Shown: one piece after another, positions 1 to 13,700 of the stretch
Numbering within the stretch: position 1 is the stretch's first letter
Layout: the number at the start of each line of letters is the position of its first letter
Source of the DNA: a virus
Taxonomy: Duplodnaviria; Caudoviricetes
IMG/VR virus record: IMGVR_UViG_3300014836_000320
Location: 22,313 to 86,312 of that record
Direction: 5' to 3' (one strand)
Length of the DNA: 64,000 nucleotides
Program-made: the position numbers and the translations under genes
The notes under the pieces: generated by a model
The model's database searches: none
What the model saw: the letters and a program-made list of their open reading frames with translations, nothing else
Told to the model about the DNA's origin: nothing

Positions 1-1189
1 CGGACAGAGATTTACATCAAGACTAAACACCGACATCTACAGTTCTGCCAGCATGAAATTGTCAGCCAACAGAATTGACCTAAACGGCCCTGTGGCCGCT
101 GAAGCAGAACTACCGGGCGAAAACAGTTTAATAACCAACTCTACAGTTGGACGTAGCGTGGCCGGGCGTGTGCCTGAGCGCGAACCCTGGGGCGGTCACT
201 CAGCAAGAAATGGTGGAGAACCCATCACAACTCCTGCAGGTGTTGTTGATCCTACTCTAGGGAATCAACAAATAACTCCAGCGGCATCAAGTCATGAAGA
301 ATTGCCACCGCCAGAAACGTCTGATGCTGTTACTTGTGTTCCTGAAGTTAACATTGATTCAATTGTCATGAGTGATACTGCCTTCAACATGATGAAAAGT
401 CGTGAAGCCTACCGTGGCATGATGTATAGTGACTTCCAGGGTTATAGTGTAGGTTATGGAACGCGAGTTGATATTTTTGGCCCTAGTAATCCAGCCAGTA
501 AAATTGATGACAATTTAAAACAAGCATTGATCAATGGACCCAGCGAAGCCGAAGCACGTCAGGCCAGCAGACAAATCATCGATAGGCACATTACTCCTCC
601 GTTGAGAGCAAGATTAAAATCTGCCATGGCTGGTAAAAATGTCTGTATTACACAAAGCCAGTTTGATGGGTTGTGCATGGCCGCTTACGGTAATCCACAG
701 TCGGCGTATCAAATGACCGATCAATTGGTTGAAGCCGGTGCCAAGGCCCCTGACGGTAAGCCTCCCAGAGCAGACATTGCTAGAATTTGGGCCAACTCGG
801 TAAGTGCCAATGCCAATCAGCGCAACGCAGAAGCACAATTTGTCATGACCGGAGAAGTGCCATCCAGCGTTAGGATAAGAACACCCGAGCAGTTGATGCG
901 TGACGGTATTGAATCAGATCGTCAAGCCGTGGCCAATGCCCGTGCAAGAAATCCAGCATATCCTTGGAAAAGTTCTTTGGGAAATGGTCCTCAAACTGGG
1001 CAACGTGTGGATGCCGCATATGGTCGTCCAACCCCTACTCAGTTAGCACAATGGGAACGCAGTTACTATCTTAACACAGGGCAACAAGCACCAGGAACCA
1101 CGTTGACCACACAGCAACTGGCGGCCAAACATGGTAGTTCGCACCAAGGCGCCAATAACCCACCCAATCAGCCTACACAGACCGCTTGA
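1..1189 (+). CDS. Baseplate hub/puncturing protein (gp5/VgrG-like), C-terminal part with phage lysozyme (GH24-like) domain; 5'-truncated
   Basis: Frame is open from the window edge; motifs REAYRG..YSD..GYSVGYG and ITQSQFDGL resemble phage lysozyme; lies upstream of the gp25-like gene. Confidence 0.7.
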   Translation, partial: GQRFTSRLNTDIYSSASMKLSANRIDLNGPVAAEAELPGENSLITNSTVGRSVAGRVPEREPWGGHSARNGGEPITTPAGVVDPTLGNQQITPAASSHEELPPPETSDAVTCVPEVNIDSIVMSDTAFNMMKSREAYRGMMYSDFQGYSVGYGTRVDIFGPSNPASKIDDNLKQALINGPSEAEARQASRQIIDRHITPPLRARLKSAMAGKNVCITQSQFDGLCMAAYGNPQSAYQMTDQLVEAGAKAPDGKPPRADIARIWANSVSANANQRNAEAQFVMTGEVPSSVRIRTPEQLMRDGIESDRQAVANARARNPAYPWKSSLGNGPQTGQRVDAAYGRPTPTQLAQWERSYYLNTGQQAPGTTLTTQQLAAKHGSSHQGANNPPNQPTQTA

Positions 1190-1214
1190 TATAACCCAGT
1201 ATTATCAGTGGTGG

Positions 1215-1220
1215 TAAATA
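1215..1220 (+). promoter_or_regulatory. T4-type late promoter core TAAATA, 6 nt before ATG
   Basis: ggTAAATAggcgttATG(1227). Confidence 0.55.
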
Positions 1221-1226
1221 GGCGTT

Positions 1227-1607
1227 ATGCCACGTGTAATATCAAAATTTCGAGGATACAGTAGCGTAGGGACTACATTTCTTAGTCCTGTTCGCTATGA
1301 CCTAGATCTTGCTAGACAAGACCTAGTAAATCAATTTAATACACGATTGGGCGAACGTGTAATGTTGCCAAAATTTGGCACAATAATCTGGGATCTGTTA
1401 TTTGATCCCTTAGACGAATCGCTTATAAAACTCATCCGAGATGATGTGGTCCGTATCATTAACGAAGACCCACGATGGAGACTGATATCAGTTGATGTTT
1501 CAGAAGGACCCAACGCTTTAGACATAAGAATACTTGTCAACTATCGTCCCAGTGATGAAACTATTACGTTGCCATTGACCTACGACAAAGGAACTAAAAC
1601 AGAATGA
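1227..1607 (+). CDS. Baseplate wedge subunit, gp25-like
   Basis: 126 aa; TRLGERVMLPKFGT..WDLLFDP..EDPR matches the gp25/GPW pattern. Confidence 0.85.
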   Translation: MPRVISKFRGYSSVGTTFLSPVRYDLDLARQDLVNQFNTRLGERVMLPKFGTIIWDLLFDPLDESLIKLIRDDVVRIINEDPRWRLISVDVSEGPNALDIRILVNYRPSDETITLPLTYDKGTKTE

Positions 1608-4600
1608 GCCAAACTAAACGCTTGAGCCAATTGTTTGCCGCAGAAAGTTGGCTCAACAATTATCGTTATCTAGTAAATGCTGACTTCAAGTCCTATGACT
1701 TTGAAAGTCTCAGGGAAGCATTGCTGAACTACATCCAGGTAAACTATCCTGAAGACTTCAACGATTTCATCAATTCCAGTGAATATGTGGCTTTGGTTGA
1801 CTTGATCAGTTATTTGGGTCAAAATTTGGCTTTCCGTGCGGATCTTAATCTCCGCGAAACATTTCTAGAAACTGCCGAAGTTCGTGACAACATCCTAAAC
1901 AATGCAAGACAGTTGGGCTACAAGCCTTTCCGTAATACTGCGGCTCGAGGATTTTTGCGTATTGAAGCAATTTCTACAACACAAAACTTATACGACAGCA
2001 AAGGTCAAAACTTGTCTGGGCAGACCATAGTATGGGCAGACTCTGCAAATCCAGACTTCAACGAACAATTTTCATTGATTCTCAATGAGGTTTTCAACAA
2101 GAACAATCCTGTTGGCCGCCCAGTGTCAAGTCTAATCAGCAATGGTGTGTCACGTCAACTCTATGAGTTTGATCAACCTGACAACAGAACAATGGTAGCA
2201 TCATTTGATGCATCAGCAAAAAACAACAACACCTACAGTTGTGAAGTTGTGCCAATGATGTTAAACACAGAAACTGGCCTAATTGAAGAAAAGTCTCCTA
2301 ATCCCTATGGCTACATGACCATGTTGTTCAACAACGACGGAACAGGATATTCCAACACCAGCAACGGTTGGTTCTTTTTATTCACTCAAGGCATTATGCG
2401 TTATGTAGATTATAGTTTGCCAACTAGAATTGAAAACCGAGTCATTGATGTTGATGCCTTCAACGTCAACGAAACTGATGTTTGGGTTCAAAGCATTGAC
2501 GGCCAAGGCCGCGTAATCAAGCAATGGAAACAGGTATCTGCTATTGCAGGAAAAAATGTCATCTTCAACAATGTTGAAAAAGATGAACGAGATATTTTTG
2601 AAGTAGTGACCCGCGGCAATGATGCAATCAGTATCAAGTTTGGTGATGGTAGTTTTGGAAACATACCCACAGACAATCTACGCATTTGGTATAGACAAAG
2701 TGCCAACGCAAACATTTCAATTTCTGGCATTGATGTAGAAGGTCTACAAATTCCAATCCGCTACATTGACGCAGACGGATTTACACAAGATGTAATTTTT
2801 ACACTGGGCCTAAACCAGGATGCTGTGGGCCTTGCCAACGAAACAATATCTCAGATTAAAAATCGTGCCAGTAGAACTGCTGCCAGTCAAGATCGCATGA
2901 TCACTGCCAGTGACTACAATACCTATCCAGAAGGAAAAGTAGCAGGCGTTGAAAAAATCAAAGCAATCAATCGTGTTCATGCTGGTCAAAGTGTTTTTGC
3001 TGACATCAACGATCCCACAGCAACATATCGCCCAGTGATTGTTTTGGCCGACGATGCTTTTGTTTATTCATCACAAGACATAGGCGAGGATACTGTTTCA
3101 GATGACCTAGGAACACTACAAGTTTTTAAATGGTTGGAAAATGCTTTGCTACAAAGATCACTGCATCAGTTCTATTATAGAAATTTCTCAACCATTCCTG
3201 CTCCAAATGGACTACAGTGGCGTTTAGTTGATACTGTGGTAGGAGCCAGCCACGGATTCTTTACCTTAGATGGAACTACACCAATTCGTGTTGGCAGAGG
3301 AACCACAGATCAAAAATTAAGAACTATTAGAAAGAATACATTATTCAAAGCCAATGATGGGTCATGGCATCGTATCTTGGACATTTATCGAGAAGGTTTT
3401 GGTGTAAGTCGCAACGACGGGACCAACACTGGTGTCCGCGCCAATGGAGAAGGAGCAGTATTTATTTCTGGAATCCAGGAATCTGCGTCTATGGTTGAAT
3501 GGTTCCCGTCATTGAGAACAAACTTCAATCCCAATGAACGACAGTTGATTCAACAGATAATCAAAGATCAGTTGAACTTTGGTCTACGCTACGATCAAAC
3601 AACAGACAGTTGGAAAATCATCAATGCAGATGATTTGGTTGAAGAAGGCGAATTTGCAAACATAACAGGAAGAAACTGGCTGATACGATTGAAGCACGAT
3701 TCCAGCAACAACTCGTGGATCTATACCTTTAGAAAAGATGTTGTGGTATTTGGTAGTGAAGGTCAGTTGTCATTCCACAATCAAAGATTTGGCACAGCAC
3801 TTGACCAAGTGACACGCCGAGTCCTCAAAGACAGCGTTGAAATTTTAAAAACCAATGTTGGTGTCACTGACAAACTGGTCTTTGACGTGGCAGATTACAT
3901 CGTGCTAGATGATGCACGTTATGATCCTAAACGTGTGCAATTGTGGTTGCCAGGATTGTCAGAGAACCTAGTGCCAGAAGATCCGCGGCTATTTGACAAA
4001 TTGTTTGGCAATTCAAAGATCAATTTAAAAACAGTGGAATTTGCCGATGCATTGGGTCAGTTTACAGTTCAACCAGTTGCCGACGATGATAGGATCACAG
4101 TTCCAGTCAAAGAAGATGTAACAGGCAAGAAACAATTGAAAGTTCAATACAATCATGTGCCGTTGCGTGACAATCGTGTCAACGCCGCAACTACCAACAT
4201 CATTGACATGTTTGTATTGACCACTGAATACAATATCTTGTTTAGAAACTGGATCGCTGGGGGTCTCAAAGGAACAATGCCGTTGGCATTGACCACATTT
4301 GAATTGGAACAGTTGATGCAGACTATTGTTCCTTTCAAGAGTGTCAGCGACACAATTGTTTTCCACCCAACCAAATACAAGGTTATTTTTGGCAACGGTG
4401 CAAAAAGCAAGGATCAAGCAATTATTCGTGTAACAAAAAGTGATGGCACAAAGGTCAGCAATGCAGAGATTCGCAGTCTTGTAGTTTCTGCCATCAATGA
4501 ATACTTTAGTGTTGACAATTGGGACTTTGGTGAAAGTTTTTACTTTACTGATATGGCATCCTGGGTTCATAGACGACTCGCAGGGGTGATCAGCAGTATT

Positions 4601-4747
4601 GTCCTGATTCCAAAACAATCTAATTCAAGTCTAAATCATTTTTTCCAAATCAAATGTGAGGAAGATGAGTTGTTAATTAGTAGTGCAATTGTGTCTGACG
4701 TTGAAGTGATCACGACACAACAAGCACCATTACCAAATAAGATCTAA
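1604..4747 (+). CDS. Baseplate wedge subunit, gp6-like
   Basis: 1047 aa; DFESLREAL..YPEDFNDF..ETFLETA..ARQLGYKP, FGDG.FG, QDRMITASDY; follows gp25-like gene. Confidence 0.8.
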   Translation: MSQTKRLSQLFAAESWLNNYRYLVNADFKSYDFESLREALLNYIQVNYPEDFNDFINSSEYVALVDLISYLGQNLAFRADLNLRETFLETAEVRDNILNNARQLGYKPFRNTAARGFLRIEAISTTQNLYDSKGQNLSGQTIVWADSANPDFNEQFSLILNEVFNKNNPVGRPVSSLISNGVSRQLYEFDQPDNRTMVASFDASAKNNNTYSCEVVPMMLNTETGLIEEKSPNPYGYMTMLFNNDGTGYSNTSNGWFFLFTQGIMRYVDYSLPTRIENRVIDVDAFNVNETDVWVQSIDGQGRVIKQWKQVSAIAGKNVIFNNVEKDERDIFEVVTRGNDAISIKFGDGSFGNIPTDNLRIWYRQSANANISISGIDVEGLQIPIRYIDADGFTQDVIFTLGLNQDAVGLANETISQIKNRASRTAASQDRMITASDYNTYPEGKVAGVEKIKAINRVHAGQSVFADINDPTATYRPVIVLADDAFVYSSQDIGEDTVSDDLGTLQVFKWLENALLQRSLHQFYYRNFSTIPAPNGLQWRLVDTVVGASHGFFTLDGTTPIRVGRGTTDQKLRTIRKNTLFKANDGSWHRILDIYREGFGVSRNDGTNTGVRANGEGAVFISGIQESASMVEWFPSLRTNFNPNERQLIQQIIKDQLNFGLRYDQTTDSWKIINADDLVEEGEFANITGRNWLIRLKHDSSNNSWIYTFRKDVVVFGSEGQLSFHNQRFGTALDQVTRRVLKDSVEILKTNVGVTDKLVFDVADYIVLDDARYDPKRVQLWLPGLSENLVPEDPRLFDKLFGNSKINLKTVEFADALGQFTVQPVADDDRITVPVKEDVTGKKQLKVQYNHVPLRDNRVNAATTNIIDMFVLTTEYNILFRNWIAGGLKGTMPLALTTFELEQLMQTIVPFKSVSDTIVFHPTKYKVIFGNGAKSKDQAIIRVTKSDGTKVSNAEIRSLVVSAINEYFSVDNWDFGESFYFTDMASWVHRRLAGVISSIVLIPKQSNSSLNHFFQIKCEEDELLISSAIVSDVEVITTQQAPLPNKI

Positions 4748-4750
4748 GAG

Positions 4751-7700
4751 ATGCAGAAAGATCCAAAACAATTTACAGGACAAGTTCCAGAAAATAACAC
4801 TTACCCTGGCCAGCGTAAAGAAGGGCGTGTTGCACCATTGGCCATTGATTTGTTGCCATTGGTATTTAGAACAGATACAAACAAGAAAATCTTTGGCGCC
4901 GCACTGGAAGACATGTTCCAGCCTTCGTCTATTGAAAACGTAAACTATGCAGTTGGTCAGCCATCTGGTAATGCTGGCATATCACAGGAATTCTTGCCAA
5001 GGAAAAATAGCCGCAGACAATTTGAAACTGGTCTTCTAGTCCAAGATTCAACCGGCACACGAGTTTTAACAGCCGATGACATTGCATTGAGCCAAGGCTT
5101 TTCTGATCAGCATCTCAATGAAAAACAAGTTCCAGTCAGTGTGTTAGATTTGCCAATCAATCCTGACAAGTTTGTCAATTGGAGCAACTACTATTGGCTT
5201 GAAGAAGGAATGCCAACACTTTATATTGTTGGAACTTCATTGGAAGATGGCGGTGTTATCAGCATTGTCAACGACATCATTGGCAAAAAGAACTACACAA
5301 TACCAACTCAAACCAATGGTCGAAGTGTTGAATTAAAAAATGGAATGCGTGTTGTATTCCAGAAAACTTACCCTAATAGAAACAACATTGACGGCAACAC
5401 ATCTGAGCAACATGTTGCTGACGGGTCAAATCAACTGGACTTCCAGCATGAAATGACTCAACAATACAATAAGAGCAAGATTTCCATATATGTAGACGGA
5501 GTATTAAAAACAGTCAACACTGATTATGCCTACACACTTGGCAGCATTATCTGGAGAGAAGGTAGTATTCCAGCCGCTGGTGCAGTGGTAGACATTGATC
5601 TACCAGACTACTGGGTCACTGAAGAAACTATACCACCAGAGCAACCAAAAATGGATCGCCGTTGGCAAGTGGAAGGCGTAGGCAGTCCCAGCGGCATTAG
5701 ATTGCTTCCAAGATCACATCAAACAACAACCACAGTTTACAGTTCAACCATTCAGAGTCTATGGGATCAAACAACTATTCCTTGGGATAGAATTGAATGG
5801 GACGGTGACATTCCTGGCATTAACAAAAAACATTATGTGCTACAGAACACAGGCGCCAGCAATCGATCAGCGTTCAGCCGTGTCAACGTTTGGATCCATA
5901 GAGATACAATCTTAACGGTTTGTAACTACCTCAACATAAAAACTGAAGAACTCATTGACGACCGTAAACGTGCATTGAGGCCAATTTTAGAGTTTGATCA
6001 CAGACTTGAGTTGTTCAATCACGGCACAAAATTTAGACATTGGGTTGACGCTGTGGTTGACAGTAGATTTTCAATCATTCCTGTGAATCCAGGATCTATT
6101 GGTCCATTTACATTGATTGGTCAACCATTGACCAAACTATTAGTTTATACATGCTTCAATGCAATTAGCAGTCAGTCTAATGCTATAACTGCGCGAGCAG
6201 TATTGGATAAACTGGCCCTGGCACTAGACAACAACGATGACGAAGCATTAAACGAATTTGCCTTGGGTTTTGAAGCCAACGATAGAACACTGGTCATTGA
6301 AACATTGTTGAATATCAAAACAATTTTGAGAAATGTTCGCCAAGGAAAACTTTCAAATGTTCAGCGACGTGTGCTGTGGATCATTGAAGGTGCTTGGCAA
6401 AACAAGATCATTACTTTTAAAACCAACGACGACAACATTGTAGTGGGCTTTGAAGTTGAATCAGCCAATGACGGTGATGCCACTGTGGTGTTGCCAGGCA
6501 GCGGATTTGAATCAATGATGGAATATCAATGGATCAACGGTCAAGTTGTTCCAGCACAGACTCGATTGACACCTGTTCAGAAGCCTTTGTATAACATATA
6601 CACTCGAGACCAACTGTCAATGACAGAGTGGTATCAAGTAAATGGAGTTAAGCCTACCAAGTTAAACTCAACAATTATTGAGTTTCTGGAAGAAGATGAT
6701 CCCATTGACACCGAATCTGGCTACAAACTTTCGTTCTTGGCCAGCAAATTTAAGTCATTGGATCCTAATACTCCAGCGGCCAATCCCATGTATGATATTC
6801 AATTTAAACATACGTTGCAGGATAAAATTTACTATCTAACTTCTGCTGTCACAGACAAAGAAATTCCTGGCCCTTATAGTTTTAGACGATTGCAATCTGT
6901 GATCACCGAACAAGAGCAATCAGTCAATGAAGGATTGAGTTTTGGATATAGACGTGCGTGGTTTAGGCTACGCAGTTGGGTAATCAATACTCACAGCCTC
7001 GACAAGCACATTGTGGGATCAGTATCTCGCATTGCCATTGATGCTCATGCGTGGCCTACCTATGAATGGAATATTTGTTATGAAAATAACATGCCAATGG
7101 TTTGCCACAGTGACAACCTTGAATACGCAGTTGAAAATTTAGTTGTGGCAGGCCGCGGCGAGAACCTAAAACTCAATACCATTGGTGTTAACACCATTGA
7201 CATTTTTAACAAGAATACGCAGACAAATGTAATGTCTGGAAGCACCAACGGCCATGGTCAAATAACAGTATTCATTCCTGCTGACATTGAAGCAGGTTTT
7301 TATGAACTACACTTCAATGGTGAAACAAAAGTCAACCTATTGATAATTGATCCTGCGGCTGATCCTAGAGCACCAGCAATCAAAGTCAATGGTATTGATG
7401 ACACCAACTACAGTTTTATTGTTGGCAGAGGAATTGACAATTACGCAACTAACTTGACAATTGAATTTAACAGCATCAGCGGTATCGCTGAAATCAAGCA
7501 CCAAGGCGAGTTTACCAGCAAATCAGATCATGCCACTGCTATTCCAGGGATTGAACTCAATCCCCTACAGATAGTAGAACTTGGCACGTTCACACCCAGT
7601 CGTTTGGTCAAAGGCATGCAAAGAACAATTAAAGCCAATGACATTCAAGAAAACTTAATTTGGACGTTGAGTCCACAGATTCCTGCACTGGATGGAGCAT

Positions 7701-10700
7701 TGATGGCTGACACATCTGCCATCAGAAGCACTTGGTTAAAAGAAAGAGTTAATCCCACTTTAACAGAAGCCTTGGCCAGTAGAAGCATGACCAGTTGGCG
7801 CTGGTTTAGAAAATTTATTTCGCTGTTGGATCGCTACAACAAAATGTATGATCTAGACAATGAATTGCCGCGGCTGACCCTTGATCGAATGTTAGAAGAA
7901 ATGAACACAGGTATCAATTATAGTGTGCCTGATGCAGTTTCTGGTATGGCGTTTAACACCAATGACATGAACATGGCGTCATACATTGCCAATGGTCAAA
8001 CAAGTTTTGCTATCAACACCGGTAGCCAAGAGTTTTACAGGGGAGTATATGGTCCTGATCACGTTTATGTGTATGTCAACAATATCTTACAGCACACCGG
8101 CTATGCCATCGTTGGCCAAAATGTAGTGTTTGATGTTGCGCTGGCAACAGATGATCAGGTTTCAATTTACCACAGTGGAGAAGAATTCATATATGCTGGC
8201 ATTCCTGCCAGCCCAGCAAAATTGGGCCTAGGTGGAGTGTTTAAACCGCAGTTGATTAGAGAAACCTGGGGAAATTACGATCGTGTCTTGATTCAATGTC
8301 ACGATGGCAGTAAAATTGTTGCCTTTCAAGAAAACTGGTTCAGCAACGGCGATCCCAGAGATGCTGTTATCCTGGAACTAGAAAGAAGAATTTATGCTGG
8401 ATGTGTCAACAGAATAGGTGATCCAACACGCCAACGTTTGTCAACATACATCTATGGTCAAGAAGCCAGTGCTGATCGAGCCTTGGCAGAACTACAATGG
8501 TTTTTTGCAAACAACATTGATTACAAAGAACGCACTGACTTTATCAACGACAATCCATGGACATGGAACTACAGCGGTAAGAGTTGGCGTCGACTTTATC
8601 TTGATGAGTTTGGCACAGTCCAGCCTCACAGTCATCCTTGGGAGATCCTGGGCTTTGATGAAAAACCTGTTTGGTGGGACACACACTATTCTTGGACAGA
8701 TCCTGTAAAACGTGCCAACTTAGAAATGGCTCTCATGGGAGGAAAAATCTCTGAGCCAGGTCAGCCTGTCACTTACGATTTCCGTGTGCGTAGACTTTCA
8801 GCACTGGGCTATCCTGTGGGAAGCCTAGGGCAACTGTTAAACCCTGTTGAGTGGGGCTTGCCTTCGCCCAGCGTTGATCAAGCACGTCAACCGTGGGACA
8901 TTGGCAGTTATGGTCCTGCTGAGGATGTATGGCTAAGAACTGGCGCCGGCATGTGGGCCGCTTGCATTGACAAAGCCAGCGATCTCAAGACTGCCAGCGA
9001 ATTTGTTGAAACTGGCATCAATCCTTTTATCAAACCAAATATCAATAACTCACCCAAGGTTTTAGGTGATACATCATTGGCACCCAGCAATTTTGTGCAG
9101 GCGAGACCAACCATTGGTATTGGTGCAGTATTGTTTGAAACCAATCGAGAACTGAATTTGTTAGGCGAATCTCCGCTACTGGAAATGTCACTGATTCAGC
9201 CAGTGCTACAGTTTAGCGTGGGTGGATTTACAGATTCCACTGTGCGGTTTAGAATGTATCACACAAGATACCAGTCTGGCAATTATGTGCCAGAAGAAGA
9301 CTTTGGCCTAACCCTAGACAGCGGTGTTGCTGAACACCAGGTTCGATATAGTGCAGTTCGTGTTGAAAAAGACGGCACAGGATTCAGAGTTTATGGTTTT
9401 GATCCCGAATACCGATATTTTGAAATCCTAGAACCCATTAAAGAAAACCCCAGCGGTGGTATCACTGGCTCATACCAGAATGTGTTTTCAACACCCACAG
9501 GTGATTACGTTGACTACAGTCAATGGAAACCCAATGCAGTCAAGGTTCCTTATGGTTCATTGATCAACAGCAAACAAGACTTGTTTGACTTTTTTGCAGG
9601 CATGAACGAACTACAATCACAACGAGGATTGATTTTTGATCAACTCAATGATCGTGGAACTGTCAACAACTGGAAACAAGCGGCCATTGATGCCCTATCT
9701 TGGATTGACGAAAACTGGAGTGAAGAACACTTTTGCGTTGTTGAACCAGCCACTGCTGCCGGCGGATTCAAGTTTCATCACGCAGAAGGCCAACTTGATC
9801 AACTCAATTCAGACTTGCTCAAACGCGGAAAAATTCTTTTTGCCACAGGCAAAATTGCACAAGGCTCAGATCTGTTGACCACAAGAGATTATGAAGAAAA
9901 CACAGATTTGATTCAATCTCTCAATGATGAACAAGTTATTTTTGCGGATCTAAAAATCCGCAAATATGATCATGTATTTTTCTTCAACTCTAAAACAAGA
10001 TTCAATGATCTCATTATAGATCATGTCACTGGACAGCGATTGGATTATATTGGCATTGTTGGACGTAGAACTCGTGGATGGGACGGGCGTTATCAAGCCA
10101 ATGGTGTATTGCCTACATTTACTGGTCTGCTACCAGGATTTGATGCACTGATCAATGACATCGTTGAAACTCGCAGACCTGAGAAATCACAATTTGACAA
10201 CTTCCTAGGCAGACTGTCTAAATCAAACGTTGTGCCAGTAAAAACCACTGTGCTCAGTGAAGTTATTCCTGATGCGGGTGTTGAATTTTTATTCAGACAG
10301 GGTCTACAAAGTGCTTCAGGCACCAACTTGGCCATCACAGCATTTTTCCGAAATGCCAATATTGATATTCCTGGCCGTAGCCAAGACATCAACGTCAACG
10401 AACAATGGCTGTTTGCCAGCGGAGAGTTTGGCAGACTAGGCAACAGAAAAATCTGGGAAATTGAACTCAGAAAAGAAGATTTGATCAACGACCGTCAAGT
10501 GATTAGATTCCTTGAAGGAAGAACAGATGTTGACCTACGCAGTGACAACATCATTGATATTATTGGCCCTAGAGACCCTCGCTGGATCAATCGTGATAGT
10601 TTTGATATACGTTTTGAAAAAGTAGCCCGTGCTGACATAGAGCAACAAAAACTTGCCACTATACAAAAGTGGTTGCCCAGTGCCGGTGTTGCCAACATTG

Positions 10701-13700
10701 ATCAAACTGATCTCAAGGCCAGAGATTTAAATCAACTGTCCAATGGACTGGCGTTGGACAATGAAAAAGTTCAACATCTACTGTCAATTCTAAGTTTCAG
10801 CAAGTTCAGAAACTATGAGCCAGAAGATCTTGTTTGGAACGATGGCGCTCTTTACAAGTGTGTGACAAAAGTCCAAGGCGGAGAAAATACCGCTTGGGAT
10901 CCTGATCAGTGGACAATCTACAATGTAGAAGCAACATTGTTGCCTCCAAACATTTGGGTCAGCGATTACAATTTCAAAAACCCGTTCTCAGAAACAACTC
11001 CTCCTGGAGATGCTGACGTTGTAGGCTGGAACGTGCTACAGTTGGTAGGTCCCACTTATGTTGAAGAATGCTGTCCAAATGCTATTCAGACAGGGTTAAA
11101 TGAAAGCAAAGTTACTTTTGGTAGCCCGCATCGTTTGACCACAGGAGATGTATTCCTAATGGTAGGAGCCAATGACGGCAACTACGACAAGTTCCACACA
11201 GTCAAAGATCGTGTTGATGACTACAACGTATTGATTGAAGGTCGTAGCACCAGCAATACACCTATTTTTAACCTAGTGGTATTCAAACTAACTTCAATGA
11301 AGTTTGGTTCTGTTGAAAGTCTACAGGCACAGTTAAATGGCGTTGAGGGTCTTAAAGAAGGCATGAAAGCCTTTGTAGAACCTGACGGAAGTCCCGACGG
11401 CGAATACATTGTTTACAAGTATACCAATCAAGGTAGCGTGTTCTCATGGCAACGTGACGAAACCTATACCACTGTTGCTGCCGCAATGGTCAATACACAA
11501 ACCATTGAAAGTGTAACATTGTTGGATTCTGCCAATGAAAATATGTTGGCCACAGTTGAAGTATTTGATCCTTACAAGGGTCTTACCATTGACGAGGTGG
11601 CAAGATTCATTGACTACAGAGACGGTGTTGATCCTGCAATCTACAACACAGATGACCTGGGTTTACCTGATCCAGATGCTGTCAACGTATGGAACAATCA
11701 ACACTTGGGTAGAATTTGGTGGGATACCAGTCGTGTTCGTTACTTTGAATACGAACAAGGCGACATCAATTATCGTGCCCGTAATTGGGGACAACAGTTT
11801 GACGGCAGTGAAGTGATAGTATATGAGTGGGTTCGTTCTGAACAATTGCCCACAACAGATGATGAACCAATGGCAAGACAAGACACCAGCAGTGGTGTTG
11901 GTGTTGTCAGATACAATGCCATTGAAGAAATTGAAACCACTGGTGCCACTCGCATATATTATTACTACTGGAAAAAGAATGTTTCTGAGTTGCCGGCCAA
12001 CAGCAGTAGACGCTACAGCGCCATTCAAATACAAACAGTATTAGACAATCCAGACGTTGCTGGTGTGACCTGGATGAGCCCCATTGACAGTAATGCGCTG
12101 ATTATTTCAAATATTAGACAATACCTTACTACGCGAAACAGCGTGATATTACGCATTGAACAAAAAGACACACCAGAACAACAGCACGAAACAGGCATTT
12201 TGGTCAGCGAAGGCTTTACTGGTGACGTTGTTCCTGAGTATCTGTTCCGTAGACTTCGTGTAAGCCTGACAGGCCGAGACAATTTTAGAAAGTCATACCC
12301 GCTCAACACATGGCGTGAGAACACCGCCTATGAAGTTGGTGCTTATGTAATCAAGCAAGACTTCCCAGCAGAAGTTTCTGTGTATGACAGTTACAGCACA
12401 CTGGAGTTGGCCATCAATGGCAATTACGGTGGCAGAGATATTCCCATTATTCAAGTGTTTGATGATGGTAGAGAAGAAGTCAAGAATGTGTTGCGTCCAA
12501 AGTTAACCGGAGATGATTTATCTCCCATTGATGAAAAACTGCATCGTGTGTTTTATGTGGCCAACAGAACAGTTAATCCTGCCAATGACATAGAGTCTCT
12601 TTGGAGAGTAGTGGCCAACGTTAATGGCGATCGCTTGGTTGTTGACTTGTATTCAGAAAACGAAGAAACAGCCAAACTACAAGTGTTGACCGACAACCCA
12701 ACAGCATCAATTGTTGAGGTCAACGGACTTTACATTTCTTCCACAGACTTTAGGCAAGACTACGTTGATGAAAAAATTGTGGTAAGTGCCACTAGTGCAA
12801 TTATTCGAGGAGTTTTGGAAAGCAACGAATATCGTGCTGTGATCAATGCCAGCCGTCGTGTGCCAGATCCAAGGCTACATCCTCTACGTCGCTACGGCAA
12901 CAACTACACAGTCATTCCACAAACATGGTTCAAGCACATTCGTGAGTCTCGCAGAAACTTTGTGAGAAGTGCCAATGCATACCTGCTAAAGATCAATGCA
13001 GTTGGCAAAGATCATTGGAATGCACACTTACTGACTTATAAACCTTTGTTTGGTCCATATATCAAGGACCTAACACCATACTGGAGATATGTTGATTATC
13101 TGGCCAATGGCTATCAGTATAACACAGAACAGTTTGTTATCAGCGATATTTCAGAAATGTCAGTTGATGGCATTTATGGCGTTGCAGACAGTCGTGGTGT
13201 CATTGACAAGTCCTTTGTCAAAACAGGCAATGACATTGCCTTGGTATATCAACGCAACGGCACCATTCAATTCAATGATGCAATCTGGGATGGTAGCCTA
13301 GGCGACGCTTGGGACATGGCTCGTTGGGATCAGTATGCCTGGGACGAAGACAACAGCGAAGTGGTAAGAAGTCTAATCACCGCATTGCGTGAAGACCTTT
13401 TTGTGGAAGATGATCTGGGCTACTTTAATCTATTCTTCTTTGACATGGTCAAAGAAAGCCTGAGACAAATCCCCAACGCAAATTGGGTGTCAAAAACCAC
13501 CTATTTGAACATCAGTCAAGTGTCAACCAATGATCTAACACCTGTGGGTGTTTACTTTGATCGCAGAGATGTGTTTGTTAAAAACTACATCAACGAAGTT
13601 AAACCTTACCACAGCAAGATTGTTGACATCAACCAAAGTCTAAGTAGCAACGAAAACATCACAGTCAACATTGAAGAAACGCTGGTATTGTCCATTGAAG

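Noticed and set aside
4025-4618. 197-aa antisense ORF within the gp6-like gene
   Set aside because: Fully nested on the opposite strand, with no motif or expression signals
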